In this document: positions 9,407 to 22,099 of the stretch, piece by piece
Layout of the letters: every line of letters starts with the position of its first letter
Numbering within the stretch: the stretch's first letter is position 1
Assembly: GCA_965233195.1 (NCBI GenBank)
Contig: CBDDSB010000025.1
Location: forward strand, 86,484-150,483
DNA length: 64,000 bases
Source: an uncultured bacterium
Lineage (GTDB): Bacteria; Pseudomonadota; Gammaproteobacteria; Burkholderiales; SG8-39
Reading direction: 5' to 3'
The notes under the pieces: model-generated
What the model was told of the DNA's origin: nothing
The model's database searches: none
The model's input: only the letters and a program-made list of their open reading frames with translations
Translations under genes and position numbers: made by a program

Positions 9407-9861
9407 ATGCCAACCCTGAACATCAACGGCAAGACGGTGAATGCGGATGTCCCGGCGGATATGCCGCTCCTGTGGACACTGCGCGACGTGCTCGGCATGA
9501 CCGGCACCAAATTCGGCTGCGGCATGGCGCTGTGCGGCGCATGCACCATCCATCTAGACGGCGCGCCGACGCGCTCGTGCATCACGCCGGTCTCGGCCGC
9601 TGCCGGCAAGAAGATCACCACCATCGAAGCGATCGGCGCCGACGCTGTCGGCGCCGCCGTGCAGGCGGCGTGGATCGAGCTCGGCGTGCCGCAGTGCGGC
9701 TACTGCCACTCGGGCCAGGTGATGGCCGCCGCAGCGCTGCTCAAGCAGAACGCCAAGCCCTCCGACGAAGACATCGATGCCGCGATGAGCGGCAACCTGT
9801 GCCGCTGCGGCACCTATCCGCGGATCCGCGCCGCGATCAAGCGCGCTGCCGGGAGCGCGAC

Positions 9862-9865
<4 letters not shown>
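9407..9865 (+). CDS. iorA: (2Fe-2S) small subunit, isoquinoline 1-oxidoreductase alpha-like
   Basis: [28 protein letters not shown]. Confidence 0.88.
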
Positions 9866-12138
<2,273 letters not shown>

Positions 12139-12171
12139 TCAAGCAAACGTTCTCATTGCGAAAGGATTCAG

Positions 12172-12750
12172 ATGTCCAAAGCCGCAGCGCCTCATTTCCA
12201 TCAAGACGCCCACGAGATCCAGGCCTACCGGACGGTGGTGCGTTATCCGCTGGCCCTGGACGCGAAAGCGCGGACCGAGAGCGTGGAGATTCTGAACCAG
12301 ATCCTGGTAGACACGATGACTCTCAGAGATCTCAGCAAGAAGCACCACTGGCAGGTTTCCGGTGCAACGTTCCACCAGCTCCACCTGCTGTACGACAAGC
12401 ATTTCGAGGAGCAGTCCGCGCTGATCGACGCGCTCGCCGAGCGCGTGCAGACACTGGGCGGCGTCACGATTGCGATGGCCGCGGATGTCGCTGAGCTCAC
12501 CATGATTCCGCGCCCCCCGCGCGGCCGCGAAGCGGTGGCTGTCCAGCTCTCGCGCCAGCTCGAGGCGCTCGAGATGGTGTTGCTGCGGATTCGGCGCGGG
12601 GCCGACCGCGCCGCCGCGCTGGGCGATCAGGGAACCAACGATCTTCTCGTCGGCCAAGTGCTGCGGACCCTGGAGATGCAAGTGTGGTTCCTCTCCGAGC
12701 ACCTGGTCACCGCGCCTCTTGCGGAAGCGGTATACGGCCCGCCACGATGA
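12172..12750 (+). CDS. dps: Dps DNA-protection protein
   Basis: KKHHWQVSGATFHQLHLLYD...DALAERVQTLGG, GDQGTNDLL, WFLSEH. Confidence 0.88.
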   Translation: MSKAAAPHFHQDAHEIQAYRTVVRYPLALDAKARTESVEILNQILVDTMTLRDLSKKHHWQVSGATFHQLHLLYDKHFEEQSALIDALAERVQTLGGVTIAMAADVAELTMIPRPPRGREAVAVQLSRQLEALEMVLLRIRRGADRAAALGDQGTNDLLVGQVLRTLEMQVWFLSEHLVTAPLAEAVYGPPR

Positions 12751-13646
12751 TCGCAGTCACCGCGAAGGTGAGACTCGGGTTCATCGGCATGGGCGGCATG
12801 GGAAGCCGCATGGCCGCGCGGCTGCTCGCCGCCGGTTACGAAGTCACGATCTACAACCGCGATCGGGAGCGCACGCGATCGCTGGAGCAGCGCGGCGCCA
12901 GGGTCGCGTCCACACCCGCCGAATTGGCCGCGCAAGTCCAAATCGTGCTTTCGTCCCTCGCCGACGACGCAGCGGTTGAAAACGTGATGCTATGGCCCGG
13001 CGCCGCCTTGACGAGCGCCAGGGCGGGAACGCTCTTCATCGAGATGAGCACGGTATCGCCATCTCTTTCCCGCCGACTGCATGCCCTTGCCGACCTCGTA
13101 GGCGCTCACGCGCTCGACGCGCCGGTCTCCGGAACCACTACGATCGCCGAAAAGGGCGAGCTGGTCATCTTTGCCGGGGGTGACCGTGATGCCTACGATC
13201 GAAGCCTGCCGGTCCTGCAGGTGCTTGCCCGGGAGACCCACTATATGGGGCCGGCGGGTTCCGGCGCGAGCATGAAGCTCTGCGCGAATACGCTGTTGGG
13301 TTTGGGAGTGCAGGCGCTCGCCGAGGCAGTGGCGCTCGGTTTGAAGGCCGGCCTGCAGCGCAAGCGCTTGGTGGAAGTCCTTGGCGCGACCGCCGTGGTC
13401 TCGCCGAGCCAGATATCGAAGCTCCAGAACGTGCGCGACAACGCGTACCCGCCCGCTTTTCCGCTGCGCCTGATGGTCAAGGATTACCAACTGATCCTCG
13501 ACGCGGCGGCAGGTCTGCGCGCCTCGATGCCCGCGGCCGCAGCTGCGCAGCGAGTGAGCGCGGCCGAGTTCGCGCGGCAGTCGGCGGCCGGCCGGGACGA
13601 GGACTTCTCCTCCGTAGTGAGAGCCATGGAGCAGAGCTCGAAATGA
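12747..13646 (+). CDS. NAD(P)-dependent 3-hydroxyisobutyrate/6-phosphogluconate dehydrogenase family
   Basis: GFIGMGGMGS, YNR, EMST, DAPVSG, MKLCAN, FPLRLMVKD. Confidence 0.88.
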   Translation: MIAVTAKVRLGFIGMGGMGSRMAARLLAAGYEVTIYNRDRERTRSLEQRGARVASTPAELAAQVQIVLSSLADDAAVENVMLWPGAALTSARAGTLFIEMSTVSPSLSRRLHALADLVGAHALDAPVSGTTTIAEKGELVIFAGGDRDAYDRSLPVLQVLARETHYMGPAGSGASMKLCANTLLGLGVQALAEAVALGLKAGLQRKRLVEVLGATAVVSPSQISKLQNVRDNAYPPAFPLRLMVKDYQLILDAAAGLRASMPAAAAAQRVSAAEFARQSAAGRDEDFSSVVRAMEQSSK

Positions 13647-13930
13647 AGGGATCCACAGGAATGAAGACTTCCCGCCGCGTTTTCATCGGCCGCGGCCCAA
13701 TGACGAGGGCGGCCCTCACCTCGCTTCTGTTCGTACCGTTGACCTGCCTCGCGCAGCCGCAGGGCGAGCAGGAAATCCAGCGGGCGTTGATCGAACGCGA
13801 GCAGCACTCTGCCGAGTTCGCCGGCCGCGCCCCCTACGGGCCGCTCGCCGCACCCCCCGGTCGCGCGCGGATGCCCGCCTTGACGCCGAAACCGTTGCTG
13901 GGCGGGCCCTACGACAGCAGCCCACGATAG
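13643..13930 (+). CDS. Small hypothetical, possibly secreted
   Basis: ATGA overlap; signal-like segment (AALTSLLFVPLTCLA-Q) after an internal Met. Confidence 0.4.
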   Translation: MKGSTGMKTSRRVFIGRGPMTRAALTSLLFVPLTCLAQPQGEQEIQRALIEREQHSAEFAGRAPYGPLAAPPGRARMPALTPKPLLGGPYDSSPR

Positions 13931-13938
13931 CATCGGCG

Positions 13939-14130
13939 CTAGGCGCGCCGTTCCGGGTGCAGTAAATCCACGGCCTTTAGCAGGACGATGTCCGGGACGC
14001 GCAGCGTGCCATTCACGAAGCGCCGTAGCAGGCTGGCACGGATCTCGAAGCGAGCGGCGGCCGTCTCGACGCCGCCCAACTGGTGCACGACTTTCGCGAT
14101 CACACCCTGACCACAAGAACATACCATCAC
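13939..14130 (-). CDS. Small Cro-like HTH hypothetical protein
   Basis: QLGGVETAAARF...VPDIVLLKAVDLL aligns without gaps to 49465-49752. Confidence 0.55.
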   Translation of the reverse strand: MMVCSCGQGVIAKVVHQLGGVETAAARFEIRASLLRRFVNGTLRVPDIVLLKAVDLLHPERRA

Positions 14131-15446
14131 TGCCCCGCGGATGCCGTGACGTGCCAGATGACGTTGCCGACGTCGTCGGCGACGAGGAGCGCGCCGCGCT
14201 TGTCGATCGCGACCCCGACCGGGCGGCCGAACGCCTTGCCCTCGGGGCTGACGAAGCCGCTAAGCACGGCGACGGGATCGCCGGATGGTCTGCCGGCGCT
14301 GAAGGGCACGAACACCACGTTGTAGCCGCTACGCGGCTTGCGGTTCCAGGAGCCGTGCTGGCCGATGAACATGCCGCCGGCGAATTGCTTGCCGAGAGCG
14401 TCTCCTTCGTTGAAGGCAAGGCCGAGCGGGGCGACGTGGGAGCCGAGCGCGTAGTCCGGCACGATGGCCTTGGCGACCAGGTCGGGCCGCGGCGGCTGCA
14501 CGCGCTTGTCGACATGCGCGCCGAAGTAGCTGTAGGGCCAGCCATAGAACCCGCCGTCGGCGACCGAGGTCAAGTAGTCCGGCACGAGGTCGTTGCCGAG
14601 CTCGTCGCGCTCGTTCACCACCGTCCACAGCGCGCCGCTCGCCGTTTCCCAGGCGAGGCCGTTGGGATTGCGCAGGCCGGAGGCGAAAATGCGGCGGCTG
14701 CCGCTCTGCAGGTCGATCTCGAGGATCGCGGCGCGGTTTTCCTCCTGCGCCATGCCGTTCTCGCCCACGTTGCTGTTCGAACCGACCGTGACGTAGAGCT
14801 TGGTGCCGTCGCGGCTGCCGATGAGGTTCTTGGTCCAGTGGTGATTAATCGTGCCAGCGGGCAGGTCGGCGATCCTGGTGCCGGGATCGCTGATGCGGGT
14901 CGCGCCGGCCGAGTACGGAAAGCGCAGCACTGCATCGGTGGTCGCGACGTAGAACTCGTTGCCGATGAGCGTCATGCCGAAAGGCGAATTGAACCCCTCC
15001 AGGAATGCTTCGCGCGTTTCGGCTGCGCCGTCGCCGTCCGCGTCGCGCAGCAGCGTGATGCGGTTGGCGCTCGGCACGCGGGCGCCCGCCTGCCCCATGA
15101 TGCGTTTCGCGAACCAGCCGCGGATGCCGCCGCCGTCATCGGGCTTGGGCGGCGCATTGGTTTCGGCGACCAGCACGTCGCCGTTCGGCAGCACGTAAAT
15201 CCAGCGCGGGTGATCGAGATCGGCGGCGAAAGCGGAGACTTCGGTCCCGGCTGCCGCAACCGGCGTCGCGCCCGCGGGCCATCCCGTGGCCGGTGCGATG
15301 TTCACCGTGGGAATCAGCGTCTTCGTGGGCGGCGGTAGCGTGGGATTGGGGCCGACGCCGGCCGACGCGGGCAGTTGTGAAGATTCGCCGCAGCCCGAAA
15401 GGGCAGTGGCAACGCAAACGGTTAGTGCGGTAAGGGTAAATTTCAT
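14127..15446 (-). CDS. Sorbosone/PQQ-dependent sugar dehydrogenase family lipoprotein
   Basis: Lipobox LSGC; LDHPRWIYVLPNGDVLVAET, NHHWTK, GLRNPNG, VNERDELG, GRPVGV. Confidence 0.9.
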   Translation of the reverse strand: MKFTLTALTVCVATALSGCGESSQLPASAGVGPNPTLPPPTKTLIPTVNIAPATGWPAGATPVAAAGTEVSAFAADLDHPRWIYVLPNGDVLVAETNAPPKPDDGGGIRGWFAKRIMGQAGARVPSANRITLLRDADGDGAAETREAFLEGFNSPFGMTLIGNEFYVATTDAVLRFPYSAGATRISDPGTRIADLPAGTINHHWTKNLIGSRDGTKLYVTVGSNSNVGENGMAQEENRAAILEIDLQSGSRRIFASGLRNPNGLAWETASGALWTVVNERDELGNDLVPDYLTSVADGGFYGWPYSYFGAHVDKRVQPPRPDLVAKAIVPDYALGSHVAPLGLAFNEGDALGKQFAGGMFIGQHGSWNRKPRSGYNVVFVPFSAGRPSGDPVAVLSGFVSPEGKAFGRPVGVAIDKRGALLVADDVGNVIWHVTASAGQ

Positions 15447-15943
15447 GTGAATAGCCATCGGCGGACGAGGTTGGTGTAGAGAGGCATCACCCAGAAAACC
15501 ATGAGGAACACGGCGGTTCCGGTCACCACCAGAGTGTTCAGAAGATGGTGGCTCGGGACGCCCAGTTGCCGCAGCAGCGGCGCGACCACGAGCGACAGGA
15601 CCAAGACGAGTGGATAGATCGCGGACCACGTCAACAGGAACTGCTTCCAGCGTGCCGCCCGGTCGCCGGTGAGAAAGGCATCGCCGCCGGCGAGCACCGG
15701 CTGGACCCTTTCGATCAGGCGGCGACGCACCGGAGAGTCGAGCCATTCGTGCAGATGCGCGCTGGTGTCGAAGCGCAGGACGACTGTGTAGGTGTCGCCG
15801 AGCCCCGGGATCGGGCGCAGGACATGGCGTTCGACATGGCCGGGCGCGGCTTTGGCAAGCGGGGCAATTTCCTTCGCCCACCTCTCGTAATCCGCGTGCC
15901 TGCTTTCAGGAACGCGGTGAGTAATGAGAGCGGTCGCGACCAT
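15443..15943 (-). CDS. Antibiotic biosynthesis monooxygenase (ABM) family membrane protein
   Basis: ITHRV...YERW, RFDT..L..WLDSP.R, RWKQFLLTWSAIYPL, VMP. Confidence 0.8.
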   Translation of the reverse strand: MVATALITHRVPESRHADYERWAKEIAPLAKAAPGHVERHVLRPIPGLGDTYTVVLRFDTSAHLHEWLDSPVRRRLIERVQPVLAGGDAFLTGDRAARWKQFLLTWSAIYPLVLVLSLVVAPLLRQLGVPSHHLLNTLVVTGTAVFLMVFWVMPLYTNLVRRWLFT

Positions 15944-16303
15944 TCAGCGCAGCTCGGTGCGCGTGTCGCCGCGGGAGATCCACTCGGCGCGCATCTCGTT
16001 CTGGTTTGACCGGTGGGCGTAGCCCTCAACGGTGACGGTTTCGCCGGCCTTCAGCGCGCCCTGCGGCAGCCCGCGGCTCGCCATGCGGGAAGGCGGTGCT
16101 AGCACCACGAGCCAGGTGCGGCCCTGTGCCTCGAGCTGGAGCGTGGCGTGCGGATTGGCGAACTGGACGGCGCGGATCACGCCGGTGGCCTGCTGTGGCG
16201 CGTCGCTGTAGTTGCTCCAGCCGTGATGGGCGTGCGCTGCGGCGGGCGCGAGCGCGAGGGAGAACGCGGTGATGACGGCGGCGGATTTCAGGTTGGATTT
16301 CAT
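15944..16303 (-). CDS. DUF6152-like secreted OB-fold protein
   Basis: Signal peptide then AHHGWS, FANPH, LAPPSRM, GETVTVEGY, EMRAE. Confidence 0.7.
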   Translation of the reverse strand: MKSNLKSAAVITAFSLALAPAAAHAHHGWSNYSDAPQQATGVIRAVQFANPHATLQLEAQGRTWLVVLAPPSRMASRGLPQGALKAGETVTVEGYAHRSNQNEMRAEWISRGDTRTELR

Positions 16304-16389
16304 GACGCCAAGGATGCGGCAGAGCGCGTGCACGCAAGGTGAGCGGGCGATTAACTTCTCTTAATCTGGGCGAAGGGTACGATGCGGCA

Positions 16390-17781
16390 ATGCGATGGCG
16401 TCCCGCGCGCGCCGTTCCGGTCTTGGCCGCCGGCCTGATCCTCGCCGGCTGCACCACCGCCGTGTTCAACCCGGCGACCAACGCGCCGCTGTCGGCGTCC
16501 ACGCTTCCGAATATGGGCGCGCCCACGGATTTCATGCGCGAGAACTCGATCGTGCTGTCGTTCTCCGGTGGCGGGCTGCGCGCTGCGGCCTTCGCCCACG
16601 GCGTTCTCGCCGCGCTCGAGCGCGTGAAGACGGGCGACGGCGATCTGCTCGACGACGTGGCATCGATCAGCAGCGTTTCCGGAGGCTCCCTCACCGCGGC
16701 GCATTACGGTGCGTACGGCCGCGACGGCCTCGCGCGCTTTCGCCAGGACGTTCTGCTGAACGATTTCGAGAGCGGGATGCGGCTGTCCCTCTTCAGCCCG
16801 GCGAACCTGATGCGCATGCTCGGCGGCGGCCTCAACGCCCGCGAGGATTTCGGCGAGCGCCTCGATCAACAGGTTTTCCAGGGCGCGACGTTTGCCGACA
16901 TCTTCCGCCGGCAGGGTCCCGATATCCGCATCCACGCGACGGATCTCTATCACCGCGTGCCTTTCCCATTCCTTCCGCCGCTCTTCGAGATTCTGTGCAG
17001 CGATCTGTCACGCTACAGCGTCGCCGAGGCAGTCGCCGCGTCCATGGCGGTGCCGGTGCTTTTCGCACCGGTCGTCGTGCGCACGTATCCCGAGAGCTGC
17101 AACCCCGTTCCCGCGGAACTCGCCTCGATGCCCTCCAGAGCCGGCGCATCGCGGGTGTTCAGCGGGATCGCGAAAGCCGTGACCGCATACCGCGATCCGA
17201 CGGTCAGGTTCATCAAGCTCGCCGATGGGGGCCTCACCGACAATTTCGCGGTGTCCACCCTCTTGATGTCCCGCCTGGCGTACGGCACGCCTTACGCGCC
17301 GCTGACGCAGCGCGACGCCGTGAAAATCCGCCGGCTGCTCCTGATCGTGGTCGACGCCTCGCAAGGGCCGAACGGCGACTGGACGCACAAGGAAGCGGGG
17401 CCGAGCGGCGTCGACCTGGCGCTGTCCGCGACCGACGCCGCGGTCGACGCCGCCGCGCGCCATGCGGTGGACGCGCTCGGCGCCATGATCCAGGGATGGC
17501 AGGAGTCGGTGATCGCCTTTCGCTGCGGCCTGAGCCCGGCCGACGTGATCCGCCTGGGCGGACCGGCGCGATGGAATTGCGCCGACGTGAAGTTCTCGCT
17601 CGCTCACCTCTCCGTCGACGAGCTCGAAAGCCCGCTGCGCGAGCGGATCGAGGCGGTGCCGACCCGCCTCACGCTCAAGGCCGAGCAGGTCGACGCGGCC
17701 ATCGAAGGCGCCCGTGCCGGAACGCTCGCCCTGCCGCGGCTGCGCGAGTACCTGCGGGACCGGGTGGGCGCGGTGCCCTAG
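16390..17781 (+). CDS. Patatin-like phospholipase lipoprotein
   Basis: Lipobox LAGC; SGGGLRAA oxyanion loop, SVSGGS nucleophile, DGG. Confidence 0.85.
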   Translation: MRWRPARAVPVLAAGLILAGCTTAVFNPATNAPLSASTLPNMGAPTDFMRENSIVLSFSGGGLRAAAFAHGVLAALERVKTGDGDLLDDVASISSVSGGSLTAAHYGAYGRDGLARFRQDVLLNDFESGMRLSLFSPANLMRMLGGGLNAREDFGERLDQQVFQGATFADIFRRQGPDIRIHATDLYHRVPFPFLPPLFEILCSDLSRYSVAEAVAASMAVPVLFAPVVVRTYPESCNPVPAELASMPSRAGASRVFSGIAKAVTAYRDPTVRFIKLADGGLTDNFAVSTLLMSRLAYGTPYAPLTQRDAVKIRRLLLIVVDASQGPNGDWTHKEAGPSGVDLALSATDAAVDAAARHAVDALGAMIQGWQESVIAFRCGLSPADVIRLGGPARWNCADVKFSLAHLSVDELESPLRERIEAVPTRLTLKAEQVDAAIEGARAGTLALPRLREYLRDRVGAVP

Positions 17782-17822
17782 AGCTAAGGTGTAAAGATAG
17801 ATCGGTGTGAATTTTGTTCGCG

Positions 17823-18602
17823 TTACTGCATGAACCAGCCGTGGCTGACCACCAGCGATTGCCCGGTCAGCGCATTGGTCGGAAACGCCGCAAAGAACAG
17901 CGCCGCCTGCGCAACGTCGGCGACGGTGGTGAACTCGCCGTCCACCGTCTCCTTTAGCATCACCTTACGGACGACGTCCTCCTCGGAGATGCCGAGGCTC
18001 CTGGCCTGCTCGGGGATCTGCTTCTCGACGAGGGGCGTGCGCACGAAGCCGGGGCAGATGACGTTGGCGCGCACGCCGTGCGCCGCGCCTTCCTTGGCAA
18101 CGACCTTGGCGAGCCCAATCAATCCGTGCTTGGCGGTGACGTAAGGCGCCTTGAGCGGTGAGGCTTCCTTCGAATGCACCGAGCCCATGTAGATCACGCT
18201 GCCGCGCCCGGCCTTGTACATGTGCGGCAGGCAGGCGCGGGTGGTCAGGAAGGCGCCGTCGAGGTGGATCGCCAGCATTTTCTTCCACTCGGTGTAGGTG
18301 AATTCTTCGAGCGGATGGATGATCTGGATGCCCGCGTTGCTGATCAGGATGTCGACGCCGGAAAAGGCATCGATCATGCGGGCGACACCCTTGTTCACCG
18401 CCGCCTCGTCGGTGACGTCCATCGCGATGCCGATGGCCTTGCCCCCGCTCGCGCTGATCTGCGAAGCCGTGGCCTGGGCCGCGTTGCCGTCGAGATCCGC
18501 GATGGCGACGCGGGCGCCTTCGCGCGCAAAAAGGAGCGCAATGTCCTTGCCGATACCGCTGGCAGCCCCGGTGATGAGGGCAGACTTGTCTTTGAGTTGC
18601 AT
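17823..18602 (-). CDS. bdhA: 3-hydroxybutyrate dehydrogenase (SDR)
   Basis: [44 protein letters not shown]. Confidence 0.9.
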   Translation of the reverse strand: MQLKDKSALITGAASGIGKDIALLFAREGARVAIADLDGNAAQATASQISASGGKAIGIAMDVTDEAAVNKGVARMIDAFSGVDILISNAGIQIIHPLEEFTYTEWKKMLAIHLDGAFLTTRACLPHMYKAGRGSVIYMGSVHSKEASPLKAPYVTAKHGLIGLAKVVAKEGAAHGVRANVICPGFVRTPLVEKQIPEQARSLGISEEDVVRKVMLKETVDGEFTTVADVAQAALFFAAFPTNALTGQSLVVSHGWFMQ

Positions 18603-18624
18603 GCGGGTCCTTTCGTCCGATGGG

Positions 18625-19731
18625 TCAGTGAGGGCGCGACAGGTCGACGACCCGAACGCCGCTCTCGACCTCCGTGGCCTTGAGCCAGCCGGGATGGGCG
18701 CAGGTGCGCCGCATGTCGTCGAGGCCGGCCTGCCACAGCTCGCGCACCGTGGTGCGGGAGAATTCGTAGTCTTTCGAGTTCGAGGAGTGGGTAGAGCGCC
18801 GGTTGATCAGGTGGGCGATGGTGACCTGGCGCTGCTGGGCCAGCTCCGCTTGCAGCAGCTTGTAATCGGCATCGTCGTGAAGCGTGGGCGGGAGCTTTTC
18901 CATCAGCCGGCTCAACGCGAGGCGCAGCTTGGCGATCTCCTCGACGCGCTTGGTGTTGGACCGCGTCTTGCTCGAATAGCGGATGTCCTTCTCGCGCTCG
19001 AGCACCTGGTCGAGATTCGCCGGCAGCTCGCCCTTCGCGCTGAAGAGGTCGACCTGCACGATCAGGGCATTCAGGCTCGGCGAATCGTCCATCACGTGCC
19101 ACAGCGGCGAATTGGAGACGATGCCGCCGTCCCAGTAGTGCTCGCCATCGATCATCACCGGCGGAAAACCCGGCGGCAGGGAGCCGCTCGCCATGATGTG
19201 CTCGACCCCGAGCTTGCGCTCGCGGTTGTCGAAATAGAGCGAGTTGCCGGTGTGCACGTTCACCGAGCCGACGCTCAGGCGCACGCGCTGCTCATGGTTC
19301 AGGAAATCGAAATCCACCAGCTCGCCGAGCGTCCTGCGCAGCGGCGAGGTGTCGTAGATGCTGAGCGCTCCGGGCGTGGTGTCGGGAGCAAACACGGCGG
19401 GAGGAATGCGCGGCGTGAAGAACCCCGGCACGCCAAAGGTGGCCGCGGTGAAGGCGTTGAACCGGTTCAGCCCCGCGCGCAGCGGCGTGAGCTGCGCGAG
19501 CGGGTTCCAGGGCAGTCCGGACGAGACCCGATTCCAGAATTCGCGCAGCCGCTCGAGCCTGTGCTCGACCCGATTGCCCGCGATCAGCGCGCCGTTGATG
19601 GCGCCGATCGACACGCCCGTCACCCAGTCCGGCGCCAATCCCTGTTCCGCCATCCCCTCGTAAACGCCGGCCTGGTACGCGCCGAGCGCACCGCCGCCTT
19701 GCAGCACCAAAACCGTGTGATCGTGCGCCAT
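18625..19731 (-). CDS. Patatin-like phospholipase with DUF3734-like C-terminus
   Basis: [29 protein letters not shown]. Confidence 0.88.
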   Translation of the reverse strand: MAHDHTVLVLQGGGALGAYQAGVYEGMAEQGLAPDWVTGVSIGAINGALIAGNRVEHRLERLREFWNRVSSGLPWNPLAQLTPLRAGLNRFNAFTAATFGVPGFFTPRIPPAVFAPDTTPGALSIYDTSPLRRTLGELVDFDFLNHEQRVRLSVGSVNVHTGNSLYFDNRERKLGVEHIMASGSLPPGFPPVMIDGEHYWDGGIVSNSPLWHVMDDSPSLNALIVQVDLFSAKGELPANLDQVLEREKDIRYSSKTRSNTKRVEEIAKLRLALSRLMEKLPPTLHDDADYKLLQAELAQQRQVTIAHLINRRSTHSSNSKDYEFSRTTVRELWQAGLDDMRRTCAHPGWLKATEVESGVRVVDLSRPH

Positions 19732-19748
19732 GCCACCCCTAGTATCCG

Positions 19749-20333
19749 CTATGAAGTGCGGTGCCGCGCCACCATCAATGCGCTCGCCCACCATTGCAGC
19801 TCGTCGAGCATGTCCTTCGAGTTCTTCTCGAGGTAGGTGAGCTCCTTGATGTCCTTGCCCTGCTGCCACACCGCCATGAAGTCGCCGCCCTGGATGTGCA
19901 CGCCGGTGCGCGTCGGCGCCATCTGCAGCTCCACCGAGATGTTGCGCAGGTGCTCGATCGAGCGCGCCGCGCCGACGCCGCCGTATCCCACATAGGCCGC
20001 CGCTTTGCGATTCCATTCCGGGTAGGCGTAGTCCAATGCGTTCTTCAGCACCGCGGGCACGCCGCGGTTGTATTCGGCGGTGACGAAGATGTAACCGTCG
20101 AATTCGGCGACTTTCTTCTGCCAGCGCTGCGCCACCTCGTTCTTCGACGGCGCCCACAGGTTGGACGCCACCTCGTCGAAGAACGGCATCGGGTAGTCGC
20201 GCAAGTCGACGAGCTCCACGCTCATGTCGGTGCGGGCGGCGGCGATTTCGTGGATCCACTTCGCCGGCTTCTCGCCGAAGCGAGTGGCGCGGGTGGTGCT
20301 GATGATGATGGCTATTTTGGGCTTGGCGCTCAT
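19749..20333 (-). CDS. NADPH-dependent FMN reductase
   Basis: STTRATRFG, VTAEYNRGVPAVLKNALD, YGGVGAAR. Confidence 0.9.
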   Translation of the reverse strand: MSAKPKIAIIISTTRATRFGEKPAKWIHEIAAARTDMSVELVDLRDYPMPFFDEVASNLWAPSKNEVAQRWQKKVAEFDGYIFVTAEYNRGVPAVLKNALDYAYPEWNRKAAAYVGYGGVGAARSIEHLRNISVELQMAPTRTGVHIQGGDFMAVWQQGKDIKELTYLEKNSKDMLDELQWWASALMVARHRTS

Positions 20334-21139
20334 GCGAGGACTCCCATGGGAAGCCGAAGGCGTTCGCCGATGCGCCGGATCTCGGCTTCGCCGGCGGCGA
20401 GCGCCTTGGCGCTGGTGTGGACCGAGTAGTAGCCAAGCACCAGGTCGTGCGGGTGCCTCACCGCCGAGCCGAGGACGAAAGAAGGGTCGCGGCTTCCTTC
20501 GAAGTGCAGTGCTGACTCTCCTTCTTCGAATACGACGAGCTCTCTGCGGGTGAAGGAAAACATCCATGCCACGTTGTGCCCGGCGGGAGGCTGGTACGCC
20601 CAGCGCTCGCCGTCCTTGAGCTCCACGTGGAGGTAGTTCACGCCCGCCGGCGCGCGCACCGGGCTCTGCGCGTTGCCGTAGCGTCCGAGGATCACGCGCA
20701 CCGGACCCTCCTGAGGAACGCTCTGCGGGGCGATGTACTGGCTCTCCGCCGGGGCGTTCTCCTCTGCTGCGGGCAGCGCGATCCAGAGCTGCAGGCCCCG
20801 CAAATGGGAGCCAGGCGTGGGCCCGCCGTCATGCCAGACGCCGCCGCCGGCGCGCATCCACTCCACGCCGCCGGCGCGGAGGATCCCGGACTTGCCGGTC
20901 GTGTCCTCGTAGCGCGTGTCGCCCTGAATCGGAACGGTGACGGTGGCGATGCCGGAGTGCGGATGAATGCCGAACTTCGGGGCGCGTCCCGGCGGTGTAT
21001 CGAAATAGTCCAGGAACACGAAAGGTTTGATCCGCTCGCCCAGGTCCGACGGGCTCACCACGCGGGTGATGGGACCGTGACTCCGCCCAAGAGTGCGGGC
21101 CACGATGCGGCGGTTTTCAATCGTCAGGTGGTTGTCCAT
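20330..21139 (-). CDS. Pirin family protein
   Basis: PFVFLD, HPHSG, WMRAGGGVWH, QLW. Confidence 0.9.
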   Translation of the reverse strand: MDNHLTIENRRIVARTLGRSHGPITRVVSPSDLGERIKPFVFLDYFDTPPGRAPKFGIHPHSGIATVTVPIQGDTRYEDTTGKSGILRAGGVEWMRAGGGVWHDGGPTPGSHLRGLQLWIALPAAEENAPAESQYIAPQSVPQEGPVRVILGRYGNAQSPVRAPAGVNYLHVELKDGERWAYQPPAGHNVAWMFSFTRRELVVFEEGESALHFEGSRDPSFVLGSAVRHPHDLVLGYYSVHTSAKALAAGEAEIRRIGERLRLPMGVLA

Positions 21140-21214
21140 GCACCCAGAATAGGAATGGACGACCTAGCTGAGAAGCCTATATATTCTGATGGTATCTATC
21201 CGTATTGGAGATAT

Positions 21215-22099
21215 ATGCTGGACGCGGTCTCCCTCGATCACCTGCGCGTGTTCATCGCCGCCGCAGAAACCGGCAGCTTCTCCGCCGCCGGGCGCAAGCT
21301 GCGCCGCGCGCAGTCGCTCGTGAGCCAGACCATCGCGAACCTCGAGGCACAACTCGACGTGCAGCTCTTCGACCGGGCGAAGAAGTACCCGAAGCTCACC
21401 AGCGCCGGCCAGGCGCTGCTGGTCGAGGCGAAGGGCGTGGTCGACAGAATGGACGGCTTCAAGGCGCGGGCGCGAACCATGGCCGAGGGGCTGGAGCCCG
21501 AGCTGTCGGCGGTCATCGACGTCATGTACCCGATGGCCGCGCTAACGAAGGCGGTCGGATTCTTCACGCGGACCTATCCGCGCACGCCGCTCCTGCTGTA
21601 CGTCGAGGCTCTTGGCGCTGTGGTCCAGGCGGTGCTCGACGGGCGCTGCCGCATCGGCGTCATCGGCACGTTGCCGGTCGTGCCGGAGAACGTGCACAGC
21701 GAGCCGCTGATCGAAGTGCCCTTCGCCACCGTGGTCGCGCCGCATCATCCGCTCGCGCGAATTCGCGGCGTGGTGCCGAAGCGCAACCTGGTGGAGCACG
21801 TGCAGCTCGTCCTCACCGATCGCAGCACCCTCTCGGAGGGGCGCAACTTCGGCGTGCTGTCACCGCTGACCTGGCGCCTCGCCGACCTGGGCGCGAAGCT
21901 GGAATTCCTGCGCGCCGGCTTCGGCTGGGGCCACATGCCGCTGCCGGCGATCGAGGATCACCTCGCCAGGAAGGAGCTGGTGAAAATCCGCATCGAAGGC
22001 GCGGCGGAGTACGCGCGCCTTCCGATGCATGCCGTTTATCGCAAGGACGCACCGCCAGGTCCCGCCGGAAGGGCGTTCATTCAGCAGCTCAAAGGCTAG
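21215..22099 (+). CDS. LysR-family transcriptional regulator divergent from pirin
   Basis: GSFSAAGRKL..AQS.VSQTIANLE..L...LFDR; substrate-binding domain with GFGWGHMP. Confidence 0.92.
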   Translation: MLDAVSLDHLRVFIAAAETGSFSAAGRKLRRAQSLVSQTIANLEAQLDVQLFDRAKKYPKLTSAGQALLVEAKGVVDRMDGFKARARTMAEGLEPELSAVIDVMYPMAALTKAVGFFTRTYPRTPLLLYVEALGAVVQAVLDGRCRIGVIGTLPVVPENVHSEPLIEVPFATVVAPHHPLARIRGVVPKRNLVEHVQLVLTDRSTLSEGRNFGVLSPLTWRLADLGAKLEFLRAGFGWGHMPLPAIEDHLARKELVKIRIEGAAEYARLPMHAVYRKDAPPGPAGRAFIQQLKG

